A stretch of DNA of 63,597 bases, counting the filler, from Intoshia linei (lineage: Eukaryota; Animalia; Orthonectida), in the NCBI GenBank assembly GCA_001642005.1. It is 4 parts of 4 records of this genome, joined end to end, with 100 filler letters (N's around TTAATTAATTAA, not from the genome) between each part and the next. Parts side by side here need not be neighbours in the genome. Positions count along the whole stretch, not along the records: positions 28,772 to 40,151 come from LWCA01001174.1; positions 40,252 to 59,943 come from LWCA01000719.1; 2 more parts are not named here. One strand, written 5' to 3'. This document shows, in pieces, positions 29,345-40,600 of the stretch (position 1 is its first letter; every line of letters begins with the position of its first letter). The position numbers and the translations under genes are program-made. The notes under the pieces were generated by a model. The model made no database searches. It had not been told where the DNA came from and saw only the letters and a program-made list of their open reading frames with translations.

Positions 29345-30138
29345 TTAGCTTAACCGTTATGTACTTCGTACAAACAGCATCCTAGTTCTATAATGAATAA
29401 ATAAATGTAATAAATATCAAAATAATAATAACAAAGTTGTATTACTTTTAGTAATAGCTGTTGTAGTTTTAATTTAAATTTTAAACAAAATGTTTTGGAA
29501 ATGATAATTTGAGATTTAAAAATTACGTAGCAATGAAAAAAATTGCGAAGGAATGAATTATATAAATTTTCATCTATATTTCTTTATTGGAAATATGTAG
29601 ACGTTAAATGCACATTTTTTTTGAAATTGTAGGATCAATATTTACATTTTCAATTTTTATTTTAATCGAAATATTTTAAAAAAATTTGGTTGATAATATA
29701 TTAAAAATGATTTTTCATCGGGAATGCGTAGATTTCTGGGTTTGAAATTTTGTATTTATATTAACTGACTAAAAACTATCTCATCCCACTATTTTAGGAC
29801 ATGTTTCATTTTTAAAACAAAGCATAATTTGTGGTTTTGATCATGAAGGTTTGCGTTTAGAGGCTGAGATTAACGACAATGTTAATGATTTTAAAGGCGT
29901 CCCAGAATGTATGTTTTATTACATTTTTGGCTGATTTTTGATAAACAAAAGGCAAAATTGGGTTTTTTACCCTGAAGGACTCAATTTTCAAACTGATAAA
30001 AACATGTTCTGAGAAAAACTGTATTAGAAATTGGGATTTTTTTAAGATAATTGATTTTAAATTTCCTGCGACAATCAATTTTTTCAATAAATAGTTACAC
30101 CCAGACACACAGACATTCATTTTTGTCTAAGTAAAGGA
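29345..30138 (-). mobile_element. Non-autonomous Helitron, related subfamily
   Basis: Reverse-complement 3' hairpin at 29345-29380, an internal block shared with 46500-46770, and a 5' end ...cagacacacagac...taagtaaagga. Confidence 0.7.
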
Positions 30139-31073
30139 TTTGTGTAGAGAATTTTGCATATTCTATTTTTTCCTAATAAATAATTTAAATATCTAAATCC
30201 GACTTCTACCATCTAGGAAGTTAGAAATGACAATATTATCAACATTTTTGCGTAATTGTTTATATTTTGTTGATTGAGCCGAATTTACTGAAATTTTTAT
30301 ATTTAAACCTTATTTTAGCTTCCACGTCTAAAGTCATATCCAAAAATATTTTTCTTAATATTAGTTGGTAAAATTAGGTTTTCTCTTTTGAAATTAGATA
30401 GAGAGATTTTTGATCCAAACTTTAGGTAAACTTGGATTTTTCAAAAAAATATGGTAAAATGGAATTGTTTTTTGATTACCAACCTAAAACGAGATGATTG
30501 GTAAAATATTATTTTTTCTAACAACATTTGACTAAATTGGATTTAGAATTTGATTGAATAAAATATGCAAAATATTTATTATTCACCCCACGAGAAGCAC
30601 TGTTCTAACATTTTCAAATTCAAAGGAACACAAATTGACATATTTTTACAATATTTTCTTTAATGCTTAGCTTAGAGTCTAAGTCTTAGACTAAGACTTG
30701 AGTTTAAGGTTATAAACTTTATAATGAATAATTGATCCATGCAATTATAATTTAGTAAGTTACCAGACATGAAAAATGGATTATTATAATAATTGATAAT
30801 AATTGTACAATTTGTACCATAACAGTGTTATGATAGTACCTATATATTGATAATTAAAATTAATGGCCGCATAAAAATATAACCAATAAACTACATTGTA
30901 GTTCATTCATCACGCCATACAGCATAAGAAACATGTTACATGTATTATATCTATAAAAAGAAAAATTGTAAGTATCGATACTGGATTGTGGAATAAACTT
31001 TAATAGTCAAGTTTGCATTTTAAGAAATTGGAAAGGTTTATTTATGAGTAAACAATAACTTTTAAAGGACAAA

Positions 31074-33200
31074 ATGCAAGTGATGAATTTGCTGACCAAG
31101 CTATACAATTATAGCGAAAGTTTAAAAAATGTGACAGATTCAGTTAGAATAAACCAAACAAAATTATTTTATGGGACATCAGGGTTTCGAGTGAACAATT
31201 CTTTTTTGGACTGGATAACCGTTCGAATGACATTTTTGTGTGTACTAAGAAGCGTTAAAAAGAAGTCTCAAACAGTGGGAATAGCTATAACAGCTTCACA
31301 TAACCCTGAACCAGACAATGGTTTAAAAATAATTGATTGCAATGGTGAACTTTTGGATGTATCTTGGGAAAGATATTGTAATGATTTCGTGCACGCCTCA
31401 AATTTGATGGAGTTTACTGAAGCTTACAACAATTTGATTTCAAATGAGTTTGGTAAGTTGAATAATTTCATTAAGGTGAAAGCTCATATTATGATTGTGC
31501 AGGATACTAGACCATCTGGAATAAGAATTAAAAAAGAAATTTACAAGACTTTGGATATGATTTATACAAATTTTAATTATTCCGTGTTCGACCTTGGTGA
31601 AATGGGTACACCGGCTTGTCATTGGCTGGTTGGAACAATAAATAAAACGGAATTGGATAAAGAGAATTATATCGGTGAATTGTTGGCGTATTACCTGTTG
31701 CACTACAAAATTGATAATTCCAGACTTACAGAGATTGCGGAAGCATTGCATGGTCCAGATGTAACCCATGTCCAACATTTACAATACAATGTCGATTTAT
31801 TGTTAAAGTTTATGTACTATTATGATATGGTTTTTTATTTTTACAAAAATCTTATAAACATTTACACCATTTTCAATTTGAAACACGATCCAGACTATAC
31901 TCTTGATTGTGCAGCCGTTTATGATTTATTAAAAAACAAGTGTACTCAATTTGTCGTAGATTGTGGCAATGGTATTGGAACGACTATTCTCGACAGTCTC
32001 AACAAACTCTTGTATATATTTACATACAAAGATGACCCTGGCGATATTTTGACGGAATTTTACAATTTCAAGTTAAAAGATTATTCAGAGTTGATTCTTA
32101 CCATTTTTAAGTCTAGTGCACTCAACCATAATGATTTAAACCGCAACTGTGGAGCAGATTATGTCAAAACTCTTAATGAACCACCATTGAACATTGCAGC
32201 ACAAGGCTACCCTATAACTGAGCATAATTTGGTTTCTTTTGACGGCGATGCGGACAGATTTATTGGATATTATTTCGATGAACTGGACCAGTTTCATATG
32301 CTCGATGGAGATCAAATTTCCATTTTTTTTGTTTGCTTGATTAAGGAAATTTTAAAGATTAATAACATTGATGACATTGGGGGTCTATTGGATGATGAAA
32401 ATATTAATGATGACAATTGCGTGTCCAGGCGTTATTCTTTGGAATCGGACGCAATTAAACCATCTCTATGTGTCGTTAAAACTTTGTACACAAATGGTGC
32501 ATTTACAAATCATTTGAAAGCTAGTCCTCTCAATTTTAACTACCAGTACATTATTAATTCTGAAACTGGAATAAAGAATTTACATGAAGTGGCAAAAAAA
32601 CACGCTATCGGCGTTTATTTTGAAGCGAACGGCCATGGTACCGCTCTTTTTTCACTGAAATCTCTCCCCAGTTACGTTGCTGCAGTTAAGCGTTTTAAAT
32701 CTTTATCTAAGAAAAGTGAACGCTATTGTCCTTTTGAACTATTGCAAAATTTAACATTCATGGTTAACCAGTATACTGGAGATGCCGTTTCAGTTCTTTT
32801 TATGACCTATTTGGTTATTGAATATTTTCACGTTAAATCTTTTGGTATTTCTGATGATGAATATACGAAAAATACGCATTTTTCTACTATTCGCCAAAAT
32901 CATGAAACCAAACACTTATTCTTTAATCCTATGCCAAATAAAACTGTCAATATTGGCCTGGGCGATATTTATGAAGCTGAAAAATTTAACCCTGATGATA
33001 TTGATTCGTACACCTTTTTCAATAAAAGCATTCAAGATAATATTGATCACATTTGCTTCAGTAGTAAGGATGCCGTTTCCTATGGTCGATGTTTTATTAG
33101 AAAGTCGGGTACTCAAAATGTAGTAAGAATTTATGCTGAAGCATATACTCAAGAATTGCTCGACAATATTGTAAACATGTGTATTGATTTGTTAACTTAA
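31074..33200 (+). CDS. PGM3: Phosphoacetylglucosamine mutase (PGM3/AGM1), single exon
   Basis: 708-aa ORF with YGTSGFR, catalytic TASHNPEPDNGLK, QDTRPSG, DCGNGIG, CGADYVK, metal-binding DGDADR, LDGDQI, TGIKNLH, sugar-binding GVYFEANGHGT and phosphate-binding RKSGTQNVVRIYAEA. Confidence 0.95.
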   Translation: MQVMNLLTKLYNYSESLKNVTDSVRINQTKLFYGTSGFRVNNSFLDWITVRMTFLCVLRSVKKKSQTVGIAITASHNPEPDNGLKIIDCNGELLDVSWERYCNDFVHASNLMEFTEAYNNLISNEFGKLNNFIKVKAHIMIVQDTRPSGIRIKKEIYKTLDMIYTNFNYSVFDLGEMGTPACHWLVGTINKTELDKENYIGELLAYYLLHYKIDNSRLTEIAEALHGPDVTHVQHLQYNVDLLLKFMYYYDMVFYFYKNLINIYTIFNLKHDPDYTLDCAAVYDLLKNKCTQFVVDCGNGIGTTILDSLNKLLYIFTYKDDPGDILTEFYNFKLKDYSELILTIFKSSALNHNDLNRNCGADYVKTLNEPPLNIAAQGYPITEHNLVSFDGDADRFIGYYFDELDQFHMLDGDQISIFFVCLIKEILKINNIDDIGGLLDDENINDDNCVSRRYSLESDAIKPSLCVVKTLYTNGAFTNHLKASPLNFNYQYIINSETGIKNLHEVAKKHAIGVYFEANGHGTALFSLKSLPSYVAAVKRFKSLSKKSERYCPFELLQNLTFMVNQYTGDAVSVLFMTYLVIEYFHVKSFGISDDEYTKNTHFSTIRQNHETKHLFFNPMPNKTVNIGLGDIYEAEKFNPDDIDSYTFFNKSIQDNIDHICFSSKDAVSYGRCFIRKSGTQNVVRIYAEAYTQELLDNIVNMCIDLLT

Positions 33201-33403
33201 TAAATATACCATATAAGTAATCTTTTTAAACTACTCTTTTAGCTTTTAAGTAATGGACACTGCGATAATAACTTAATGGAATTGTTCACATAATTTTTTT
33301 TTATTCACTCCATTTCATTTTTATTGAGTTCTAATTCTATAATTTTCTATTGTAGACCGCGGAAATTGAATTTATCAATAAATTCCCAGTTTTAGTAGCA
33401 GAT

Positions 33404-33642
33404 CCGAACCTACTGACCTCGAGACCACCTGAAAATGAAAAATTGACATCTTTTAAAAAACAGTTCGAAAAGTCACATAGCCTCTAGCCACCTGTTTGAG
33501 GCTCTTGAATTGATAATTTAAATTTAACACTCAAAATAGATATGAAATAATTTTTTTAATGCGCAATTTGGAAAAATGATACCCACATTTTACAAAAATT
33601 TCGTCGAAGCCCCGAAGAGAGGTTTCGGTAAGGTAAGTTCGG
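33404..33642. mobile_element. Unclassified ~240-280-bp MITE family (copies ~2596-2870, 48537-48801, 52088-52348, 56703-56938)
   Basis: Shared termini CCGAACCTAC.. / ..GTAAGTTCGG and shared internal motifs (gaaaatgaaaaat, tttggaaaaatga, aaaatttcgtcga). Confidence 0.7.
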
Positions 33643-34536
33643 AGTCACTTAATAAAGTAACTAAATTAGCAAAATGACGGTAACATAAAATTATTTAATA
33701 TTTGATATTCCTAACATGTATTCATCAATTATCAATGATGATTCATCATACATGTAAGTATAAAAAATAACATTGACTGCATATATGACTTCGGTAATGT
33801 CTAAATCTTTATATATAATAGATATATTTATATAAGATCATCCACAAATCAGTAAATATAATTGATCCATAAATTATGATCATTGCGTTGATTTTGCTAT
33901 ATTTGAATTCGTACTCTATTAATTCTGCAAAAAGTTGAAGCAATATTACTATCACACCCAAATTGAATTTGCTCATGCATTTTTCAATGATCTTTGAGAG
34001 TAAAGTATACATTTCTAATTTTCTATAATACTTTAATGGGATACTTTGTAATTTCTTTTCTAGGTACTCTAAAATTATAACTGATTAACTAATTATAATT
34101 AGATATAAATATTTAATATTCTGTACAGAAAGTGTTGAGCTGGTCATCAAAAAATCATTAAATCTTCATGCGACTTTTGAGACAATGTTTATTTAAACAT
34201 TATCATTTTAATATAAACTTATTAACCCTTAAATATAATAATGATACTACACAGTCTGTCTGAACTAACATTTAGTTCAAAAAAATTACTCATCTAAAAT
34301 TTCAACATTTTCTGATTTGGCACACTTTCAGGAGTATTTTAAAAAAAAATTAAAAAAATTCTTAGTAGCGTTTTTGAGTAAAGGTCAAAAATGTATATTT
34401 TTCTCTAAAAATTTCAATAAAATGTTCAATAATACTAATTTTAGCCTTGATTGTTTGTGTAACTAATTTACATTGATGAAAGTTTGTTTTGTGTCAAATT
34501 TCAAATTATATTCTACCCATTTTTTGTTGTTATTAT

Positions 34537-36638
34537 CAGAGCCGTCTTAAGCCACTTCGGGGCCCTGGGCTAAGCAAAGGGCCGGGCCCTTTAAAATTTC
34601 GAGTGAAGCGATAAAAAAATAAGACCCCTGTTTAGAAGACAGGGCATACTGTTGGTTGAAGACTTATTTCATTGAATAATAATAAAAGCATTAAAAGATA
34701 TTATGTAGGTTTCTAGTAACTTTTACTTCTTTTACAAAAACCTACTTACATTAATTAATGAACAAAGTTTACTTTTTCATTTGAATACTTTTTCTTTTTT
34801 GAATAGTTACTTTATAGATAGGTTGTAATCCTCATTTGAAATAGTTTTTTTGTCAATATTATTTTTAATTCTATAATATCCAATTATCATGAAAGTTTGA
34901 TTATATAAACAGTTGAAAATTAATAAGAGAAAATCAAAGATTTCTTATTTTCTTTTTTGAATATTCACTTTAACCGTTTACTGTCCGCTGTTCTATTAAT
35001 AGAACACTATATTTAATACAATATAGTGACTAAGTTGTATCATGCTTCATTATTATAAAGATGAAATTTGGTAAATTAAAATCTCCGCTTCTTCATGGAA
35101 TTGACATATTTTTATTTTCATAATTAATTATATATACAATTAACGGTTGAATATAACTAAAAAAACATGTAAAAAAATTCATGTTTTAAAATAATATTAA
35201 AGTTAATTTAATAAAATAAATTTAATTTTTTACTTGGATGATTAAACTCCAGATAAATTGTAGTATCAGACAAAAAAAAAAGTACTTGAAAATATATGCA
35301 CAGTTAATAGTTATGAGTCGATAAATATAGGCTTTCCATTAATGGAACAATGGTAACATTGAGTAGTACAAAAATATTGTAGACAAGAAAATATGTGCGC
35401 ATTACGTATTAACCAATGCGCACATACGGCAAATATGCATATTATACATATGTTAGTACAAATGATTCACGTGACCTGATATTTAATTTGAAATTTTAAT
35501 GACCTATCTACCTAGATACATTCTAATTTTATTTACAATCAATTTCATTAAATTTAAATTTGTACAAATACAAATACTTGTTGAAGAAGTTTTACAAGAT
35601 TCGGATCAAACCGAAAGCATATCTCGTTTGCCACCAGATAATAATGGTCAATTAAAAGATGAAGACATTGATGAAAATGATTTGGCCAAAGGAATGGACA
35701 TTTTTTCTGATGATGTAGCTGGAGAATTGGAAGTTTCCTGTTTATCATCACATGATGAGCCATTATCTTTAAAAAAATTGATGTTCGTTTTGCATTGCAT
35801 TTCAAAAAATGTTTCTGTAATGGCATCTTGGCGAATATATCAACAGGGTAATAATAATAATTATAATTGAGTTTATATATTATTAATTTAGAAGAGAATT
35901 TAAAGGACACACACCTTAGATTTCGTTCTGACCTAGCTGTATATCTCGTGAAATATTCATCAAATTTGAGTAACAGGAACATATTGTCTGGTCCAAGTTC
36001 AAAAATACCTGATGAATTGCGTTATGATGGAATGCAACATTATTTGGTCAATAATAATAAACAGACAAAGTGTATAATATGTCATAAAAATACCTTTAAA
36101 ATGTGCGAAGTGTTGTAAGAAGATGCACATTCATTGTTTTAAACAATATCATAATAAATAATGAAATTTATGTATTTTACAAAAAATATTTATTTTATAC
36201 ATCAATGCTACCAATGTTCCATTAATGGAACACCTATAATTAGCGCTTATTAATTGACTTAGAAAATTATTTGAATTGAATTATTGCTATTAACCAAAGT
36301 TTATCATGTATTAAATGTAAATATAATTCAAAATAGTAACGTATCTGGGTGCGGACAGTAAACGGTTAATAGAAAGGTTTTAATGTTTAATATTATCATT
36401 TGAAACAGTTTATGTCAATATTATATGATAAACATTGTGGAATATATTTTAAATTAAATAATTACCAGAACTTTGATTCTTTAAACTATTTTCTTTCTAG
36501 CTACTTGAATTCCCACACTTCAAAACTTATAAACTGATTCTTAAGATATAAATGTGAAGTACTTTTATTAATTTGGGCCTTTTTTAATGAGGGGCCCTGG
36601 GCTACAGCCAACATTGCCCATGCCTTAAAACGGCTCTG
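34537..36638. mobile_element. Non-autonomous hAT element carrying the piggyBac insertion
   Basis: TIRs CAGAGCCGT... / ...ACGGCTCTG and a perfect 8-bp TSD GTTATTAT (34529-34536, 36639-36646). Confidence 0.88.
34974..36365 (+). mobile_element. Internally deleted piggyBac transposon (PGBD-like)
   Basis: TTAA on both sides (34970-34973, 36366-36369) and perfect 15-bp TIRs CCGTTTACTGTCCGC / GCGGACAGTAAACGG. Encodes an acidic N-terminal remnant (PPDNNG..DEDIDEND) and a C-terminal remnant (WRIY..HLRFR..RYDGMQHY..CIIC..C..H..CF..YH, Cys-rich domain); the catalytic core is missing. Confidence 0.88.
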
Positions 36639-36647
36639 GTTATTATC

Positions 36648-37010
36648 ATGCATGAATAAAATAGGAAAAGGTTATGTTTATTGTGTTTTGGTAAAACAAA
36701 ACTTATGTGTTCGATCTCTATGTGTGTATGGTCACTAGTTGAGCTATATTTTAATCAAGGTATTGATAAAAATGATGATCGTTTACCTAATGTGATATGC
36801 AGCAACTGCCAGAAAATTGTCCATGAATATGGAAATGGTATTTTCAGTAGAAAAATTGAAATTTTTGATCATTTTAAAGTCACCATTAATTTTAAACGAA
36901 ATACTCGATCTTCGCTGAACAAAACTTGTTCATGCACAATTTGCCTATCACAATTATCATTCAATTTTAATAGTAATAATGGTGTTCCTAAATATTTCAA
37001 AATATTTTAA
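36648..37010 (+). pseudogene. Chapaev/RAG1-N-terminal-like zinc-finger transposase remnant
   Basis: Frame from ATG 36648 reads MHE*NRKRLCLLCFG...DKNDDRLPNVICSNC...CSCTIC, i.e. H-x7-C-x2-C...D-x4-LP-x3-C-x2-C...C-x2-C. One in-frame stop; truncated. Candidate CAC left terminus at 34250. Confidence 0.55.
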
Positions 37011-37254
37011 ATATTCACTAGTACTAGTGATGTCAATTTATAACAGCGATTCGATGAATGAATTGATTCATTTTTATTACTTACATTAAATTTTAACTTT
37101 TTTTATTGAGATGTTATATATTTTAAAAAACAAATTAATAAATTTCTGGTCACGTCAAATACATATTACATTATTATATTCAAATAAAAGATGTAAAGTG
37201 TCGAATTATTTTATCATATTGAATTATACTGAATATGACAATCATGATCCCACT

Positions 37255-37663
37255 TAGAGCCGTTTTAAGGCATGGCAATATGGGCTGTAGCCCAGGGCCA
37301 CTCATTAAAAAGGCCCCAAATTAATAAAAGTACTTTACATTTATATCTTAAAAAGATATCTTAAGTCTTAAGAGAGTATCTTAAAACACTGCATGGTGCA
37401 TATTTTAAAGTGAAAAAGTAAACTTTGTTTATTAATTAATGTAAGTAGGTTTTTGTAAAAGAAATAAAAACATACTAGAAACATACATAATATCTTTTAA
37501 TGCTTTTATTAATACTCAATAAAATAAGACTCCAACCAACAGTATGCCTTGTCTTCTAAACAGGGAACCTATATTTTTTTTTTTTATTGCTTCGCTCGAA
37601 ATTTTAAAAGACCTCCGGCCCTTTGCTTAGCCCAGGGCCACGAAGTGGCTTAAAACAACTCTG
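37255..37663. mobile_element. Second, shorter copy of the same hAT MITE in opposite orientation
   Basis: Ends are reverse complements of the ends of 34537-36638. Perfect 8-bp TSD ATCCCACT (37247-37254, 37664-37671). Confidence 0.88.
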
Positions 37664-40600
37664 ATCCCACTTGTCATAATCTAGTAAAAATGAAACTATT
37701 TTTATCAATAAAAACACAGAAGTCTATTAATATATATTATATATGTATATTAATATGTATTAAAATTTAAATGAACAATACAGTATTTAAAAAAATTACG
37801 ATTCATCATTGCTAAATATTCGTAATCATATGAGATTAAATCAATCATATTCCGAAATTTTTTGATCGCATTATTCATAAATGATTCATATCTTTTTTTT
37901 ATTAAATTGATTTCTCGGTGTATTTATTTTTGGAAATAAACTTGCTTGGGTATCATAAAATATCATAAGCAAAAGTACACTAAAGTGTTATTGATTAATG
38001 TGAATAATGATAATATTTAATTTGACATGTGAATAAATTAAAATAGTCAATCTGTAATTTACCTACCATAAATTTTCATTTTATAAAAAATAAAAACTTG
38101 ATGTATAAGATATATTCCTCAAGATATAAGTAAATAAATATTTATAATATTTACTTCATCGCGTTTTTTCTGAAACATACATGGAAAACATGTAAATGCG
38201 CATGAATGTGCAATATATCTAGTGTAAATTAAAATATTAAATATCATCAAAACCAAAGTTATTTCGAAGTGGATTAGATTCTACTATAAAATTATTTAGT
38301 GTAAGAGTCACGTTTGATCCAATATAATTATTTTAAAAACCTTTAAAAATGCATATACGGTTTAACTAAGTCCAATACATTGTACCTTGTATAATTTATG
38401 TATTTCTTTATACAATTTGCTAAAAAAATTATCTATAATTATATTATTATTTATTTAATCTATGATACCACGTCCAAACGTTGGACAGTAATTTTAGATT
38501 ATTTTGAGATGAAAAAATTTTATGCTGGGTTCAAGTTGTGATGAATGTGATTATGGTTTATTAAGTTATTCATAGTTTATTCAATCTTTAATGTTTAATT
38601 ATAACAATAATTATGAATTAAAACAAAAGAATTTTTAATTAACAATTAAGTAAATTAAATATGACTGTCAACGATTCGTTTCAAGTATAAATACGTGGAT
38701 ACAATTTATTAATAATGATTTTGGAATTTTCATTTCCTTTATAAAATTAAACTATTTAACAAAAAATAATAACCGATCTAAATATTTTAATACACCTTGA
38801 ATTTTAAACAATGTAAATAACAGAAAACAAATAATTTACAGTTAATAAAATTTAAACATTTGTATTATAGATTCAAAATTTTTAGTTGAGAACTTGTTAT
38901 AAATTTTACATGTTCTGTATTAAATTTAAATTTAAATAAATGATTAAATTTAAAATACCAAGTAAACCGGAAATTGATGTTCGTATGACCTTGGGATCTC
39001 AAGCAAAAAAAATTAAAGACATGATTGATGATGATTTAAATTTGTTGAGAAAAATGAAACAAAGTGAGAATAGCCGCAGTTTGAAAGGATTCAACAATTC
39101 TATTAATAGTAATATTATTTTTTACATTAAAATGTTAATTTTTACCTTGAATTTCACTAAATATGTTTACATTTTTAACATTGATTAAATTTAATTTGAA
39201 GAAAATTGCGCCAATGATACTACTTTCTTATAAAATTTTGATATTATATTACTCTAAATATCAGTTATTTATTGTAAATATTATAATTTATTTCCTATTT
39301 CCATCGAAAATCAGAAACATTAATTTTATGTTTTGAATTTTTTACGTTTTGTGAACAAAAAACTGATAATTCATCAAATTTTTTCAAGTTCTTTTACTAA
39401 AATTTGAAAAAAAGTACATACTGAGTTTTAAAAAAAATTTTTACTGAGTCTTACTTTACGGAGTTTTTATTTTGTAAAACTGAGTTGAACACACTACTAC
39501 ATACATTAAAGATATTTATATCTTTGAAAATGTGTATTATGACAGTCATTCTCAAACTTTTTTAATAAGAGTCCCCTCAAATGCAATAATTTATAATTTT
39601 TTTTATAATAAAAATTTTGAAATAAAGTTTGAAAGATAATTATAATTACAGAAAAATATATTTGAAGTTACTAGTTTTAGTGTATTTATAAAATGTGGAA
39701 TTTAGAGTGTAAAGTTTAGACATTTAATAGACGTTTTTATAATTTTAAATTATATATCGTTAAAATGAATCATACAAATTTTTAAAAAAATCAGATTCAG
39801 CTGTCGGCACCGCGGCACACAATTTGAGAAGCACTGCATCCGGGTGTCACATTTTTGGATTAATTTGTTTAAATTAGCATTTATTTAAACAAATCATTGA
39901 TATACATTACATACAGTAACTATATTATATTGTCTATTCAACCCCACTCGAATAAGCACTTTTGGAATATAATATTCCAGATTATTTTATGTTTCACCAA
40001 AATGAACAGGATGCGTGCTATTCGTCCTTGATTCTTAAATACGTGTGACACCCTAGTAGTCATTGCCAGTTTACCCACTTCTAGTACGGTCAAAATCTCA
40101 TTTAACGAACGTCGAAATTTTATTTTCTATATAAATGCCTAAATATCTGGTNNNNNNNNNNNNNNNNNNNNNNNNNNNNNNNNNNNNNNNNNNNNTTAAT
40201 TAATTAANNNNNNNNNNNNNNNNNNNNNNNNNNNNNNNNNNNNNNNNNNNNCAGCATGCGTTTTCCATCTGATCTTGGCAAGTAAGCTATGCATAAACCC
40301 TTTTTATATTTTTTAATAATATTTTGAAACGCACATCGATAAATACTATAAGTTTTACTTATAAAACCCTGACTTTTTTTTTCTTTGCATTAAGACACGG
40401 CATTATATCTTTTTTTGTCACTTATTCGCGTCATTTACTATTCAAATAGTTATTTTTAATTTATAGATCATTAATAATTCATTACTTTTTTTGTTTTTAT
40501 GGATATTTTATTAATTTTAATTGAAATTATCAAGGTGCCTAAGACTTATATCGTTAATATTTTTAATATCGCAAACAAAACCGTATTAAAATGTATCTTT

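Noticed and set aside
8434-30120. Numerous 60-90-aa I/F/K/Y-rich ORFs in the track
   Set aside because: Expected by chance in very AT-rich DNA; many overlap MITEs or Helitrons or start at non-ATG codons.
31440-33152. Antisense or alternate-frame ORFs within PGM3 (similarly within DIC and EFTUD2)
   Set aside because: Shadow ORFs of real coding sequence with no motifs.
39543-39836. hAT-like ends CAGTCATTCTCAAA / TTTGAGAAGCACTG (similar cases at ~5463-5828 and ~6463-6855)
   Set aside because: No convincing TSD; probably old MITEs, not listed as supported features.
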